DNA of 64,000 bases from Chrysomallon squamiferum (Eukaryota; Animalia; Mollusca), in NCBI GenBank assembly GCA_012295275.1, contig CM022677.1, positions 11,346,001 through 11,410,000 of the forward strand, written 5' to 3'. Position numbers and translations under genes: made by a program. The notes beneath the pieces are model-generated. The model was not told where the DNA came from. It did no database searches and saw only the letters and a program-made list of their open reading frames with translations. Positions within the stretch are counted from its first letter, which is position 1. Each line of letters begins with the position of its first letter. Positions 45,687-59,126 of the stretch are shown here, piece after piece.

Positions 45687-46815
45687 GATTGGGAGTAGTA
45701 GGTAAACCAAATGACATTTATATATAATTAATCAAACACTGATGATTTAAATGGAATACCTCTCCTCTGTCTATCTCCTTGTCTACAGATACACAATCAG
45801 ACATCAGTATCCATGGTATTCCACTGTTTGAACGAGTAACTGGATCGTGCCAAATACAAGCAGCAGTAGTATTTGTAATAGTAGTTGTAGTAGCAGTAGT
45901 AATAATAACAATAATACACACTAATAATGGTAATTATAACAGCAATAGTAATAATTATAAAAAGATGTATAAAATAATAATAATTCTAATAATAATAACG
46001 AAAATGTTAAAATAATAATCATAAGATATTACATTATATTAACAATAAAAAAGTACAGTATCATAATACAAAATAAGAATATTACTAACAATAAAATTCA
46101 CAATGAAATAACACAATTCAAAGAGAAGAAGAAAAGAATATACAACAATATTGCCGCTTTAATTTATTAACTATCAAGAATTATAAAAAAAACACAAGAA
46201 AAAACAATAGAATTAAAAATGTTCTCACTAAAATAGACAGTTAATCAAAAAAAATAATTAAAATAATAATAATAATAATAGTAATAATAAAAATAAAATA
46301 AAACACACAAATATTTACATCTTGTGATGATGTCTCTCATCAGCTGTCATATTCACAGGTGACTGTCTCAATAAAAGGACAACAAGTAAGTAGAAGGGGA
46401 GAAGTGATCACTCGATCAACATTTTCACTTACGGTTTACAAAACTGGTTCTCATTATCGGGGAGATGTTTAGGAAGATTTACGGTTATTACATTTGTGTT
46501 ACATGTAGTGGATCTGTAGTGCTATATCGTTTGAATCCAGTATCTGTGGACATTTTTCGCCAGGTCACCAAATCTGACCAAAGTTCAGTTTAGGCGACTG
46601 GAATGTTAAAAACACTACGCATTAGTCGTGCAAAAAAAAAAATATATATTTATATATATTTTGGTGACCATATTTTTTCTATAAGTTATAACAAAAGAGC
46701 CACTGTTAATAATTTTATTTAAAATATTTATTTCACATAAAAGGATTGTTCATAGTTCCATAAGTTCGACGTATCGGCTTACCGTATTTGCCAAAATCTA
46801 TTTATACACATTAAT

Positions 46816-47058
46816 GCTAAAGTGAAGCCAGCTAACATTTCCAACCTTAACGTCATAGAGTTATCGGTTGGTTAACAAAACAGTTTATCACAGGCGATAA
46901 CTCTATCAGCAAGACTTTGCTATTCTTTTTCCTTATTAATTCAAGTATTAATTCGCTAAATTGAAGCCAACGAACAAATCTAGCGAACTTTTAAACCGTT
47001 AGGTTAAAGAATTATCGGTTGGTTAACGAAACAAGTTATCATGGGAAATAACTCTATT
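46816..47058. repeat. Two diverged ~140-bp tandem units ending in ataactctat
   Basis: gctaaa.tgaagcca...ttatcggttggttaac.aaaca..ttatca..gg..ataactctat occurs twice. The related agagttatttc motif recurs at ~6398, 13216, 29205 (rc), 34428 (rc) and 50812. Confidence 0.65.
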
Positions 47059-47511
47059 GTATTTGCTATGTTTTTCCTTTTCAATTCCAGTAGGGTTACT
47101 TACCCGGAATAAAAAATAAAAAAAAACAATTGTTTGAAAATTTATTACCAGCTGATTTGAATAACTAGAATTAATAAAGAATTTGAATTAATAAAGAATT
47201 TTGTATTTCATTTTAGATGTGGGCAAAATAAGTTAAGCCAATACATCGAGTTTATTGAACTATGAGCAAATCTGTTCACTGGAAAAATGGGGAGATAGAA
47301 ATAAGTAATGTTTCATGGTTTTAGAAATTCCGTAGCTACAGTTTGGTGTGTGTCTATTTTGTGTTTGAATTTGATTGAGTTTAGATTAGTTGACTAGCTG
47401 ATTCTGAGTTTGGTAAGATTCTTATTTTGGAATTTGAAGATGAAAGGTATAACTAATGTTAATTTTATACCCTTACTATTCACCGATTCCAGTCCACAAT
47501 TCAGTATGGCT

Positions 47512-48802
47512 GACTGTTTGTTCAAGGCAGTGCACTGTAACTAGTATATTACAGACTGTGGTATGTACTATCCTGTCAGTAATTCTGTTTGATCAAGGGA
47601 AGGCACTGTATCTAGTATATTACAGACTGTGGTATGTACTATCCTGTCAGTAATTCTGTTTGTTCAAGGCAGTGCACTGTATCTAGTATATTACAGACTG
47701 TGGTATGTACTATCCTGTCAGTAATTCTGTTTGTTCAAGGCAGTGCACTGTATCTAGTATATTACAGACTGTGGTATGTACCCTGTCAGTAATTCTATTT
47801 GTTCAAGGCAGTGCACTGTATCTAGTATATTACAGACTGTGGTATGTACTATCCTGTCAGTAATTCTGTTTGTTCAAGGCAGTGCACTGTATCTAGTATA
47901 TTACAGACTGTGGTATGTACTACCCTGTCAGTAATTCTGTTTGTTCAAGGCAGTGCACTGTATCTAGTATATTACAGACTGAGGTATGTACTATCCTGTC
48001 AATCAGTCTGTTCAAGGCTGTGCATCGTGTCTACTATATTAGAGACTGTGGTATGTACTATCCTGTCAATCAGTCTGTTCAAGGCTGTGCATCGTGTCTA
48101 GTATATTACAGACTGTGGTATGTACTACCCTGTCAATCAGTCTGTTCAAGGCTGTGCATCGTGTCTAGTATATTACAGACTGTGGTATGTACTACCCTGT
48201 CAATCAGTCTGTTCAAGGCTGTGCATCGTGTCTACTATATTACAGACTGTGGTATGTACTACCCTGTCAATCAGTCTGTTCAAGGTTGTGCATCGTGTCT
48301 AGTATATTACAGACTGTGGTATGTACTATCCTGTCAATCAGTCTGTTCAAGGCTGTGCATCGTGTCTAGTATATTACAGACTGTGGTATGTACTACCCTG
48401 TCAATCAGTCTGTTCAAGGCTGTGCATCGTGTCTACTATATTACAGACTGTGGTATGTACTACCCTGTGAATCAGTCTGTTCAAGGCTGTGCATCGTGTC
48501 TAGTATATTACAGACTGTGGTATGTACTACCCTGTCAATCAGTCTGTTCAAGGCTGTGCATCGTGTCTACTATATTAGAGACTGTGGTATGTACTACCAT
48601 TTCAGTGATTCTGTTTCTTAAAGGCAGTGCATCGTGTTTAGTATATTACAGACTGTGGAATGTACTATCCTGTTAGAGGGTCTGTTTCTTCAAGGCAGTG
48701 AATCGTGTCTAGCATGCTACAGACTGTGGTACGTATATCCTGTCAGTGAGTCTTTTGTTCAATGCAGTGCACTGTATGTTGTATATTATAGACTCTGGTA
48801 TG
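47512..48802. repeat. Tandem satellite, ~19 units: 71-bp type A block, 67-bp type B block, degenerate end
   Basis: Unit starts at 47520, 47591, 47662, 47733, 47801, 47872, 47943 (A); then 48010 onward every 67 bp to 48546 (B); then about 3 decayed units. Shared core tctagtatattacagactgtggtatgtacta. Confidence 0.95.
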
Positions 48803-48823
48803 GCCCCCACCTATCAGTTAGTC

Positions 48824-49619
48824 CAGTGGTTCTCAATCATTTTTTTGCCAACGGCACACCTGGCTAAATATATTTGAATTTTGGAAAATAAAAACATGGC
48901 AAGTCATAGACGGCATACAACCGTACACACAGACTAGTCATAGACACATAGAATAACTCTAAATAAATTTCCTCAGTGTTTGGTCGAATATGAGACAGAC
49001 ACACCCTCATTTCTGCTTTGTTGTAGTAATATCTCGTGCTTCATGTTTTTGATGTTGCCTAATTCACATATATAAGGAGTTGAAAATTGTAATAAAATCG
49101 CTAAAACTGTTTTACATAATATGGGATACACCTCTTGTATTGAAATCCAAAATGAATCAATGGGCAGAGTCGAATGTTTTAATTTTAAGGTCATTAGAAA
49201 GTGCGGCCAATTCTTCTTCTTCCTGTAACTCAAGTCCAATTGGAAGAATGATTTATGAAAGGATCTCTAATCCAATCATATTTTTCTGTCTTTAATGACG
49301 GAAATTTATTGTTGATGCTTTCGTCCAGGGCTGTCAGATGAGTAAACACAATAGGGATCACTTCTCTAATGCAGGTAGAACGCAATAAAGGGAACATATA
49401 AAGGTTGACAGTGATTGCTCTTTTCTTTTCCAAATCACTATTTTCTTTTTGAAGGCAACTAACTTGTCTGTTGAAGTGAGAAGATTTTCGTTTTTGCCTT
49501 GCATACTACTGTTTGTTTTATTTTGGGATCACGTGGTTTTTCGCATTTTCTTAGTGTGCCGTTCAAAATTTTGCGGCACACATAGGAAGATCTCGCGGCA
49601 CACTGGTTGAGAATCACTG
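48824..49619 (-). mobile_element. Internally deleted non-autonomous hAT element (Buster/Charlie, ZBED8-like transposase remnant)
   Basis: TIRs cagtggttctcaatc / ggttgagaatcactg; subterminal cggcacac repeats. Degenerate 8-bp TSD agtTAgtc / aatTAatg (5/8, central TA). Frameshifted minus-strand peptides MFPLL...YDWIRDPF and FWISIQEVYPILCKTVLAILLQFSTPYICELG match the hAT C-terminal dimerisation region. Confidence 0.9.
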
Positions 49620-50260
49620 AATTAATGTTATACTGATCATGTTATAAGGCAGAATATTGATAAACATTATTTACACCTCAAAATATTTGTGTAAACTGTT
49701 TAACAAATATAAATTGTTTGACAAGATAAATATATGTAATTATTTAAAATCATATTACAAAAATCATTTTTAAAATTTCTAATAATGCTTGCAGGAGGCA
49801 CTGGATTGGAAAATAGATGAAAAACAAATACAAAATAAATAAAGAAATGCATAGCTTAATTTATGTTTGTTGTGTATGTGTGTTTTTGTATTCAAATGTG
49901 TGTACCAGCACACACCAATGTAAACATACATCATGGATTCATATATATTTTATTTATACTCGTCAATATTCAGTCGATTTTCACAAGCTTACCTCTATCA
50001 GACAGTGTGTAAGTGCATGCGTGCATGTGTATGTATGTGTATGCACGTGTATGCACGGACAGATAGATAGATCAGATAGATCCTGAAGTCACTATCCGTA
50101 ATTGCAATATATGATCACTAGATAAGTTTCTATATTTTCAGTCAGTAAACAAAAACAATGTTACTTTTTTTTAATATTTAATTACCAGTTTAATCTTAAA
50201 AGCCCCTAGTGCCTGTACAAACTTCAGCCTGTATTTATCAGTAGCTCCATCCATATGCAG

Positions 50261-50550
50261 GACAGACAGTCGGTATGTGGGTGACTAGGGCAGGGGGGGT
50301 GGATAGGATAAAAACGGGTGAGCTTAGGGTCCCGGACAGAAAAGGTGAGTTGAACACATGCCCTCCCGCCCTACCCCGGAAGCACGGGCTGTCTGCCAGG
50401 GGAAAGTTTTCTCACACATTTTTATCTCTCCACCCCCTGCCCTAGTCCCCCGCACGCCTGCTGTCTGTGCCCCCCCGTACCTTCACAAGCTGTCTGAGGG
50501 CGGGGCAGACAGACGGCGTGTGGGGGACTAGGGCAGGGGGGGCATGTGTT
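50261..50550. repeat. GC-rich island of four ~45-50-bp related units in +,-,-,+ orientation
   Basis: Core cagacag...gactagggcagggggg at 50263-50314 (+), 50353-50398 (-), 50419-50467 (-) and 50504-50550 (+). Confidence 0.8.
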
Positions 50551-50867
50551 TTTATTTCTTATACTATTTGTTTTATTGTTCTGCTGTTACAATCTTCTAT
50601 TCTGTGAATAATTTTTTTATTAGAATTATTTTTTCTCTACTTCACTGAATAATTAAACAGCATTTTTGAGCACTTAACTAAAAGAATTAAATGAAACAAA
50701 TCTAAATTAGAAATTATATCATTATTTTATTTTCCTTTTTCAAAATTTGTTTTGTTTTTGTTAATGCTGTTATCATTATTGTTATATTCATTCCTATTAT
50801 TAATGGACAACAGAGTTATTTCCCTTAGACTACTTTGTCTATGAAATTGACTAATTAGTATTATTAT

Positions 50868-50908
<41 letters not shown>

Positions 50909-51469
50909 TCTCTATTTGTGCATTCTTAGTTTATTTCATATATTTAAAATGTTTCTTTACTAAAAACTTAATATTTATTCATTCATGCTATTCAGAATAA
51001 AAATAAGAATTTAAATTTATTACGAAATTCCGTTTTCATACGTGAAAATGTGTATATTTTATTTATAATGATTAGAGAAAGAGAGATTTGGGTTTCACTA
51101 CGACTAAGATTGTACATTTTCATGAAAATTTCATTTCACTGTAAAAATGTAGCATAGAAATTTCAAATACATTTAAATACTTTTTTTCATCCTTTTCATA
51201 CTGACACGTTATTTAAATTTCACAAATATAATGATTTCTAGAGCGTGGTATGTAACATCAATTCAGGTGTTCAAAAGTTTAATTAAGTTTGTGTGTGTGT
51301 GTGCGTGCGTGTGTCTGTGCGTTTCATCTATCTTTCAGTTTTGTTTGTTTTTATGTTTGTTGTTGATATTATTGCTATTGCTAATATTGGTGTTATAGCT
51401 GTTGCTTTTGCCGTTGGTTAATTTTGCTTTAGGTAGAATTGTTAATTTTGTGTGGCGAGAAGAAAGCGA

Positions 51470-51976
51470 GTTAGAGAGAGAGATAGAGAGAAAAAAGAGA
51501 GAGAGACACACAGAGATACAGACACAGACAGAGAGACAGAGAGAGAAAGAGAGACAGAGACACAGAGAGAGGAAGAGGGACAAAGAGACAAATACACAGA
51601 TAGACAGAGAGAAAGAGTGAGTCAGAGAGAAAAAGAGACAAAGAGTGTCAGAGAGACAGAGGGAGAAAGAGAGAGAAAAAGAGACAGGGACATAGCAATA
51701 CAGTGAGATAGAGACAGGGAGAGAGTCAGACAGACAGAGAGAGAGACAGAAATACTGAGAGAGTCAGAGAGTGAAAGAGATACAGCAGAGAGAGAAAGAG
51801 AGATTCAGAGAGAGACAGAGACAGAGGGAGAAAGACTGAAACAAATATACAGAGATAGAGATATAGAGAGAGACCAAGAAAGAGAGAGACAGAAACTGAG
51901 AGAGAGAAAAGACAGAGACAGAGATAGACAGAGAAAGAGAGAAAAGAGAGACAGTGATAGAGAGAAAGAGAGACAC

Positions 51977-52045
<69 letters not shown>

Positions 52046-52062
52046 AACAGACAGAAAGAGAC
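51470..52062. repeat. Long degenerate (GA)n/(GACA)n purine tract
   Basis: ~590 bp almost devoid of T/C on the + strand, with pure (GA)n at 51983-52043. Confidence 0.95.
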
Positions 52063-52067
52063 TAATC

Positions 52068-52432
52068 ATTAACAAAAAACTAACCATTAACCAAACACTA
52101 GCATTTAACAAATACTAACCATTACTAACATCCCCTACGTGTACTGAACCTCACCGTTGTGTAGGGGTGGCAACATTTCCAAAGGGAATGGCTAATTAGT
52201 ACATTAATATAAACATTTAATTGGTTAGATACATAGACAGATAGATAGATTATGATAGATAAATAGAAATACCTACATACAGAGATAGTTATTGAAGATA
52301 GATGAATAGATGGATACATAGGGTATTGCTATTTTTCCTAATTTCGAATTAATTTGAAAGCCCTTTCTATATAGAGAGAGACAGACAGGCCAACAGGGTA
52401 TAGACAGACGTGTGTGTACTTAAGAATAAGTT
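52068..52432 (+). repeat. Dispersed third copy of the minisatellite-end/hairpin module at 23190-23516 (and rc 19080-19400)
   Basis: Near-identical taaccattactaacatcccctacgtgtactgaacctcaccgt.gtgtaggggtggcaacatttccaaagggaatggctaattagtac; homology continues more loosely to gtacttaagaataagtt (52432). Confidence 0.9.
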
Positions 52433-52662
52433 TTCTAGGTAGACTGTAAAACTGATGACGTAATCGAGACTTCACGTGACACTTTGCGTCTGCTTCAGAT
52501 AATATCGAATGGTAATTTTAAATAAGAAATATTTACTTTTTGACAATACTATACAAAACCAAAGCAGATATCATACGACGAAACCTACAGAACCCTCAGT
52601 GATAGATCTAGGGTCCTGTAAAATGTACATTGATTTTTATTTTCATAAATAATAGAAAATTA

Positions 52663-52728
<66 letters not shown>

Positions 52729-53679
52729 GTAATTTTAATTAGTTTGATTTCAGTTGGCACCATAAAGAATTATCTATATTTATTTATTTATTTATTTATT
52801 TATTTATTTTTGTGAAATTTTCCAAAACTAAAACAATTTTACAATCAACATTGCAAAAGTAATTTGAAATAATTAATTTTAAAACTGAAACAATACGTTT
52901 TATAGGAGATACACAGAAAGTATATAAACTGTTAGGGAGATGTACATAAAGAAATTGTTAAAGCTTTATAGAATGTATGGATTGGTAGAGAAACAGATGA
53001 ACAGATGTGTGTATATGTATGTGTGTGTGTATGTGTGTGTGTTTATGTTTGCGTGTGTGTGCAGAAGGAAATTTGTGTTTTATATGTTTCCAGAGGGCAT
53101 GGTAGGAGAAATAGATGCAGACAGAGAGATAGACAGATGTGAATGTGAAAGGATGAGTTGGTACTTACATGTTATCTGTGAGAAAGAGTTAATGTGTTTG
53201 TTGTTAAATAACTGCTGTATGTGAAAGACAGTTTCCTTGTTTATGTATAAATAAATACAAATTCCAAGTATTTTGAATGTTGTTGTCTTTTCAAAAATGA
53301 CATAAAAATAGATTAAAAACAGAATTATTAATTGGATTATTTTAATGATTTATTATTATATGATTGTCCTGATTTTATTTGTTAAATTGTTTGAAAGATA
53401 TTTGAAAATAGTGAAATGGGTTCATCGTACAAAATCTTAAAGGCATATGTCACTATAATTCATTATTATAATGCATTGTTAGAAAAGTGGGGTTTAGTTT
53501 TATCTTATAATTCTATTGTAATTATATTTGCTGTTTAACAAAATTCATTTTGATTAGTAACATCATGCAGAGTGATCTTGACTGCTCAAGATGTATAGTG
53601 TATATGTTGTATAAAAATGCAATGTTTTTACTCAAGGTAAATAACAGTAACGTGTTTGTAAATATACAAAAAAGACTGA

Positions 53680-53755
<76 letters not shown>

Positions 53756-54103
53756 ATATAAATGTTGTTTTCATAAACTCAAACAAGAAATTTATATATA
53801 TGTAATGATTATGTCAGATTATCTTTTGCTAGCTGACAACAAATACAGAAGATGTTGATCAATATATACATAATAAAAATAAAAACATTCAAAGACTGCT
53901 TTATGTTTTTCTTACATTTTTTAACATTATTTGAATGTGCCTTAACATTTTTTATGTTAAGAAACTGAAACAACTTCAGCATGATTTTCTATTTTGATTA
54001 TTGTTTTTAGATAAGATGCAATGGGTTTGAATTTGTAGATGTCAGGAATTAAAACAGTGAAGAACAAATAATGTTTTTGTATTAAAAAACATTATTTGTT
54101 CTT

Positions 54104-54580
54104 ACGTGTAGCTGACTGTCTGGATAACACGTGTTTCATTAAAAATTCCGATGGCCATTTCTGTTCTACGTATAGTGTAGTTTTCTATTAGTTAGAGCTG
54201 AGATTCAACCAAAAATGGCATGATATGGCTTCATTATGTCAGTCTATGACATCACATAAAAGTGAAATGGTTTCATAATACAAAATCTTATTTTTATTAA
54301 ATAAATAAATAAACAAATAATTTCATTTCATTTTAATACCGACTGCACAATTTAAATAGTGGATTTTGGATATCATTATATATGTAAATGATTAGGCGCC
54401 AGTTTAATCTGATATTTTGAAAGCTTCAGGTGAGATTTTACTGATAACTGGAGAAGAAACATTAATATTTACTTGAAAGTAAAGACATTATTGCTATGTT
54501 TTAGAATGAAATAAATTATATATTTCTTCTCATAAAACACTAGTTCAGGAGGACAGGCATATTTTCTATGATATAACTTA
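54104..54580. repeat. Dispersed diverged copy of the sequence in the nested fold-back arms
   Basis: acgtgtagctgactgtctggataacacgtgtttca matches 38214; 54330-54580 matches rc of 39285-39575. Confidence 0.8.
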
Positions 54581-54615
54581 TTATTACTATTTGTTCTGAA
54601 GCAAAACACGAAGAT

Positions 54616-54661
<46 letters not shown>

Positions 54662-55806
54662 AAGCCGTAAAGAATAATGAGAAATACTCGATGAAAGCTG
54701 GCAACGATAGTGATATTTAATAGAAATAGTAATAATGCTTTTTAACATAGGATGTTTACACTAAGAAAGCATGAATAATAGTTAATAAAAAGCAAAAGAA
54801 AAAGGAGAAGTACACCTAGAACGTAGGGAACAACGTGGTTACGACGGTAATGACGGCGACATTAATGGAGATAATAATAATATATTTTAATATATGATGG
54901 GCACGGTCAGAAAATAAGAATAACATCGAATAAAAGACGAAAAAGAATAATGAGGAGTAAACCAGTAACGTTATGAACAACACCGGTACGATGGCAACGT
55001 CGGCGACATTAATAGAAATTAATATATTTTAATAGGTGGTGAAAGTATGAGGAGTAATTATAATATCAGTGACCGAATAAAATAAACGTTATCGGCATAA
55101 TCTATATTTATCAATATAATTTCTTTTTTTTATATCACTTCTGTAATCTAGTTATGTTAATAAGATAAAGGACGTCAGAATGTGATAAAGTAAGCTAATG
55201 TATTTATAATATTTATTTTATCTGAATATTAGTTTTATCGTATAAACGACTGTAAATGGTAATGGTAGCAGAAGACCTTTTTAAAATAAATATGTCAGAA
55301 ATACAGGAGAAATTAATGTAGTTTTCTCTTACAGTGATATCAAGAAATAAAAGGTTAATGTTTTAACGAGATTTAACAGTATTAAAGAGTATAAAAAGAA
55401 AAAGGGTTTTATTTTGTCTTCGCCTCCGAAATGTTTGGTACACAGTAGTCTTTTTTCTTTTGGATGACTTGAAATTAATATCGTAATCGAGACTCATTTC
55501 CGACTTGTGCGTCACTTCGCGTCTTCTAGAAAAACAGTTAAATCTTCGTTTACCATTGAACGATAACAGATCATTTTGAATTCGCTGATAAGAAATATTC
55601 ACTTATTAATAATGTTAATGACACCAAGGTAGGAATCATACAAAAAAAAAAAAAACAAAAAAAAAAAAAAAAAAAAAACGTTTGGGAATGCTCACGATTC
55701 GGAACTAAGAACCTCTAAGATCGTAGTGTTTATATCAGATCTCATTTTCTTAAACAGAAATTTAAACTCAACAAACTTTTTTTAAATTATATTTTATTTA
55801 TTTATT

Positions 55807-55859
<53 letters not shown>

Positions 55860-57574
55860 CGTCATTTCAGAAAATGTAAAATAAATAAATAAATAAATAA
55901 ATAAATAAGAATGGAATATGAAAATTAATACTGAACAATCTATGTATTTTTCATTATTAACAATGGAAAATATATAAATATTGATTTTCCAAACTAGTTT
56001 TATTCACAATAAAAAATAAAAACTTATTTAAAAAAATGTATGGTATAATAAGAGTCCATAATTCTTTATAATGTATTATTACTTTCTCCTTATTTAAGTT
56101 TTTGGAAAGCTGATAAATCAGCACATTAAATCTCTTTATTAACTTTGTAAAAAGCACAGTCCATAGTGAAAAGTGAAGATTAAAGGGCTTTTTTTTGTTG
56201 TTGTTTTTCTATTAAAAAGGAAGAAGTGAGAAGACCTGAAATTAAGGAGGTGTGTTATTATCTATACACAGTCTGATACTGAAAAGAAGAGGTGTAAAGG
56301 TTAAACTTTTATTGTAAACAAGAAGCCCAGTAGACATGAAGAAATATGGATGGTAAGTGCCCTTTCTAAATAAATGTATTAGAGAAAATAGGGTGGAGGT
56401 AAAGGTATACCGGATAATTAAATGTGAGCGATGATTTCAAAACATTTACTTTAAAGAGAAGCTCATTGTATATTTAGAATTATAGAACAGGTTAAGTGAT
56501 AAACATGCTTTTTTTAACTTCAATAACAAGTTTTAAAATGTCTATAAACACTGACAAATGAACAGATAGATGAAAAGATACATAGATGTAGATTATACAG
56601 ACTGCATGAGAAACAGTCACCGTGATAAGTAATAAGTAAAAAGATGGTAAAAATATAATAATAAGATATAAACAGACAGACAGAAGACACACCATAGCTA
56701 AATTAATAGAGAGGAAGATACACAGTGATAATAAAAACTAATTTTGAAAGTGAGAAAGAAAATATATAAAGTTATGTAGATACAGTGTGTTTGTAGGTGG
56801 ACAAAAAGAAAGACAGGTTGTAATGTAGGTATGTAGACATAGTTAGATATGTAGAGGGAGTTGGGTAGATGATTGATGGATGGTTATGTGTTTGTATATG
56901 CATGGATGGACAAGATAAAAGAAAACTAGATAAGATAGAAGAAGCAGATAGGTAGGTACACAGGTAGGGTTGTGTGTACAACAGATAACTCAGCAGTTTG
57001 ATGGATAGATACAAAGAGAGATAGAGAGTGATGGATAGGAAGATGGGTAACTACATGTATATGGAAGTGCGAGTACATGTGTTAGATGTGCTAGAATGTG
57101 TGAATGAGAGTGCTTGTGTTATAAATGGACAGACATACAGAAAGACAGAGGTTGTAAGGTAGTTATGCAGGGAGATAGCTGCAGAGATGGACAGGTGATT
57201 TATGGATGGTGATTGATAGATCAGAATGTGAACAGAGAGATCAAACAAAAAATATGGCATATAGGTATGTAAGTTGAGTACATTGTTCTGTTACAGAAAT
57301 GTTTGTATGAATGTGAAGGGGAATGTGCTTGTGTGTTTTAGAGGAGTGGCTGTTAATTTAATGTTTTATTGTGTATTTTTAGGGCCAGTCAGCGGGGATG
57401 TGCATATATATAAGAGTGTTTATAGATGGACATATATACAGTATATAGATAGGGAGATTTAATGTAAAAGACAAATAGACAGAAAAAATAGATAAACCAT
57501 TGATAGATAAGTAGATATGTAGGCAGATCAGTAGGTAGATAAGATTAGTATATATAGTATAGGTACATAGATTT

Positions 57575-57623
<49 letters not shown>

Positions 57624-57819
57624 ATATATATATATATAGATTAGTGAGTTGGTAGTAACCACATGTATATGTATAAGAGAGTGCAGGTATCTATGCTTGT
57701 GTGTCAGGGAAGTATGGCTAAATAGTGAGAGTGTACTTGTGTTATAAATGTTCAGAAATACAGAAAGACAGATTTGTATGTAGTGATATAGACTCTAACA
57801 CAAAGAGAGGCATAGATGT

Positions 57820-57879
<60 letters not shown>

Positions 57880-58975
57880 ATATATGTATAGAGGGAGAGA
57901 GAGAGAGAGAGAATTATGTGTCTGTGTGTAATGGTATTTTTGACACTTCTAGTTTGTTTTGTTCTTAAAAACAAGTCTGGAAGAATTAAAAAAGAAGGAT
58001 GCAAGCAAGTAGAAGTGCTTTACTTGTTTAGGTGATAAAAAACTGTTTTCAGTTCTTTTTTTGAAATTTAGTAATTGTTAATTTTAATATATTTATTTAC
58101 ATTTTGTTTTGTTTTATTGTACTTCCTCCTTTGTTATCTTATTATTATTACTACTACTACTTGTTCTGAAGTAAGTGGTCTGGATATGTCTTATAATAAT
58201 AAATAATGGTAATAATAGTAATGTGTTTAAGTACATATGCAGGGCTTGTAATAGCCAGTCACCAAATGCTACCAAAGTTCTGTTTGGATGACTGGGATGT
58301 TAAAAAAATTATGAGTTAGTTTCTGAAGAATATTTTTAAATCTAACTTCAATACATGTTTTCCTTTATAAACTGAAATATGAATCTGGTCAACTATATAT
58401 ATGAATTTGTTCTCAAAAGATTCTATTATGCAAAATAAGCATACATTCCTAGTCTGGGATAGTTAAAAAATACAGTTGTTGAGCCAGTAAATCTAATATT
58501 AAGTTGATAGGCGTCAGATTGAGAAAATTCTTTGATATATTTCTATCTCATTTGTTACACCCCATTTCCCCAGTATAGTGAAAGAAACACTTACCAAAAA
58601 ACCATTATTAAAATAGTCCTACTTATGACTGAGAAATTGAAGCTTGACATGTTCAAACTTGAACTGACATTTACTATTTCAAAAGTAAACATAAATAATG
58701 TAATTACGATATGTTTATTTATGTTCTTTGGTCTGGTTACAGGATCATCCTATTATTACATACTAAGTAGACTGGACTGTAATGGTGTACAGTTGTTGTT
58801 TTTTGTTGTAGTCTGGATGATTCTAACTAATAGTACATAAGCCCAGCTGACTGTTAAGAAGTTTTGTTTGTTTCAGTGTATAGCAGAAAATTATAATTAT
58901 GATAAATTAATTAATCACATTAGAAAATTATACCGGATTTTTTTAATACTTTTTGTTCTATATTTGTTTATTTAG

Positions 58976-59126
58976 ACAAATCTGGCTAAATAGTAGAACA
59001 CAGTGACTTGTACATCAAACCAGATAGTTGTTTAAATATAGCTATCATACCACCAGAACAAACTTTGGATCTTGTGATGTCCAGCATTTCATAGGATTTT
59101 CTTAACCAGTTTGGAAGACCTCTCAG
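58976..59126 (+). other. Possible upstream exon of the IRAG/LRMP-like locus
   Basis: tttgtttatttag acceptor and perfect cag|gtaagt donor. All frames contain stops (best: VEHSDLYIKPDSCLNIAIIPPEQTLDLVMSSIS*DFLNQFGRPL). Confidence 0.35.

Noticed and set aside
46555-46612. Similarity to 58252-58308 (gccag.tcaccaaat...accaaagttc.gttt...gactgg.atgttaaaaa)
   Set aside because: Short diverged interspersed-repeat fragment with no definable ends; not informative.
48010-48600. Hammerhead ribozyme in the 67-bp monomer (minus strand ctgattga)
   Set aside because: The core does not fit CUGANGA and no GAAA/stem II arrangement follows.
47512-48802. CRISPR-like array or 253-aa Cys-rich ORF 47915-48676
   Set aside because: Units are head-to-tail with no unique spacers, there are no cas genes and the context is eukaryotic. 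The unit length 67 is not a multiple of 3, so the ORF merely cycles through three frames of a satellite.
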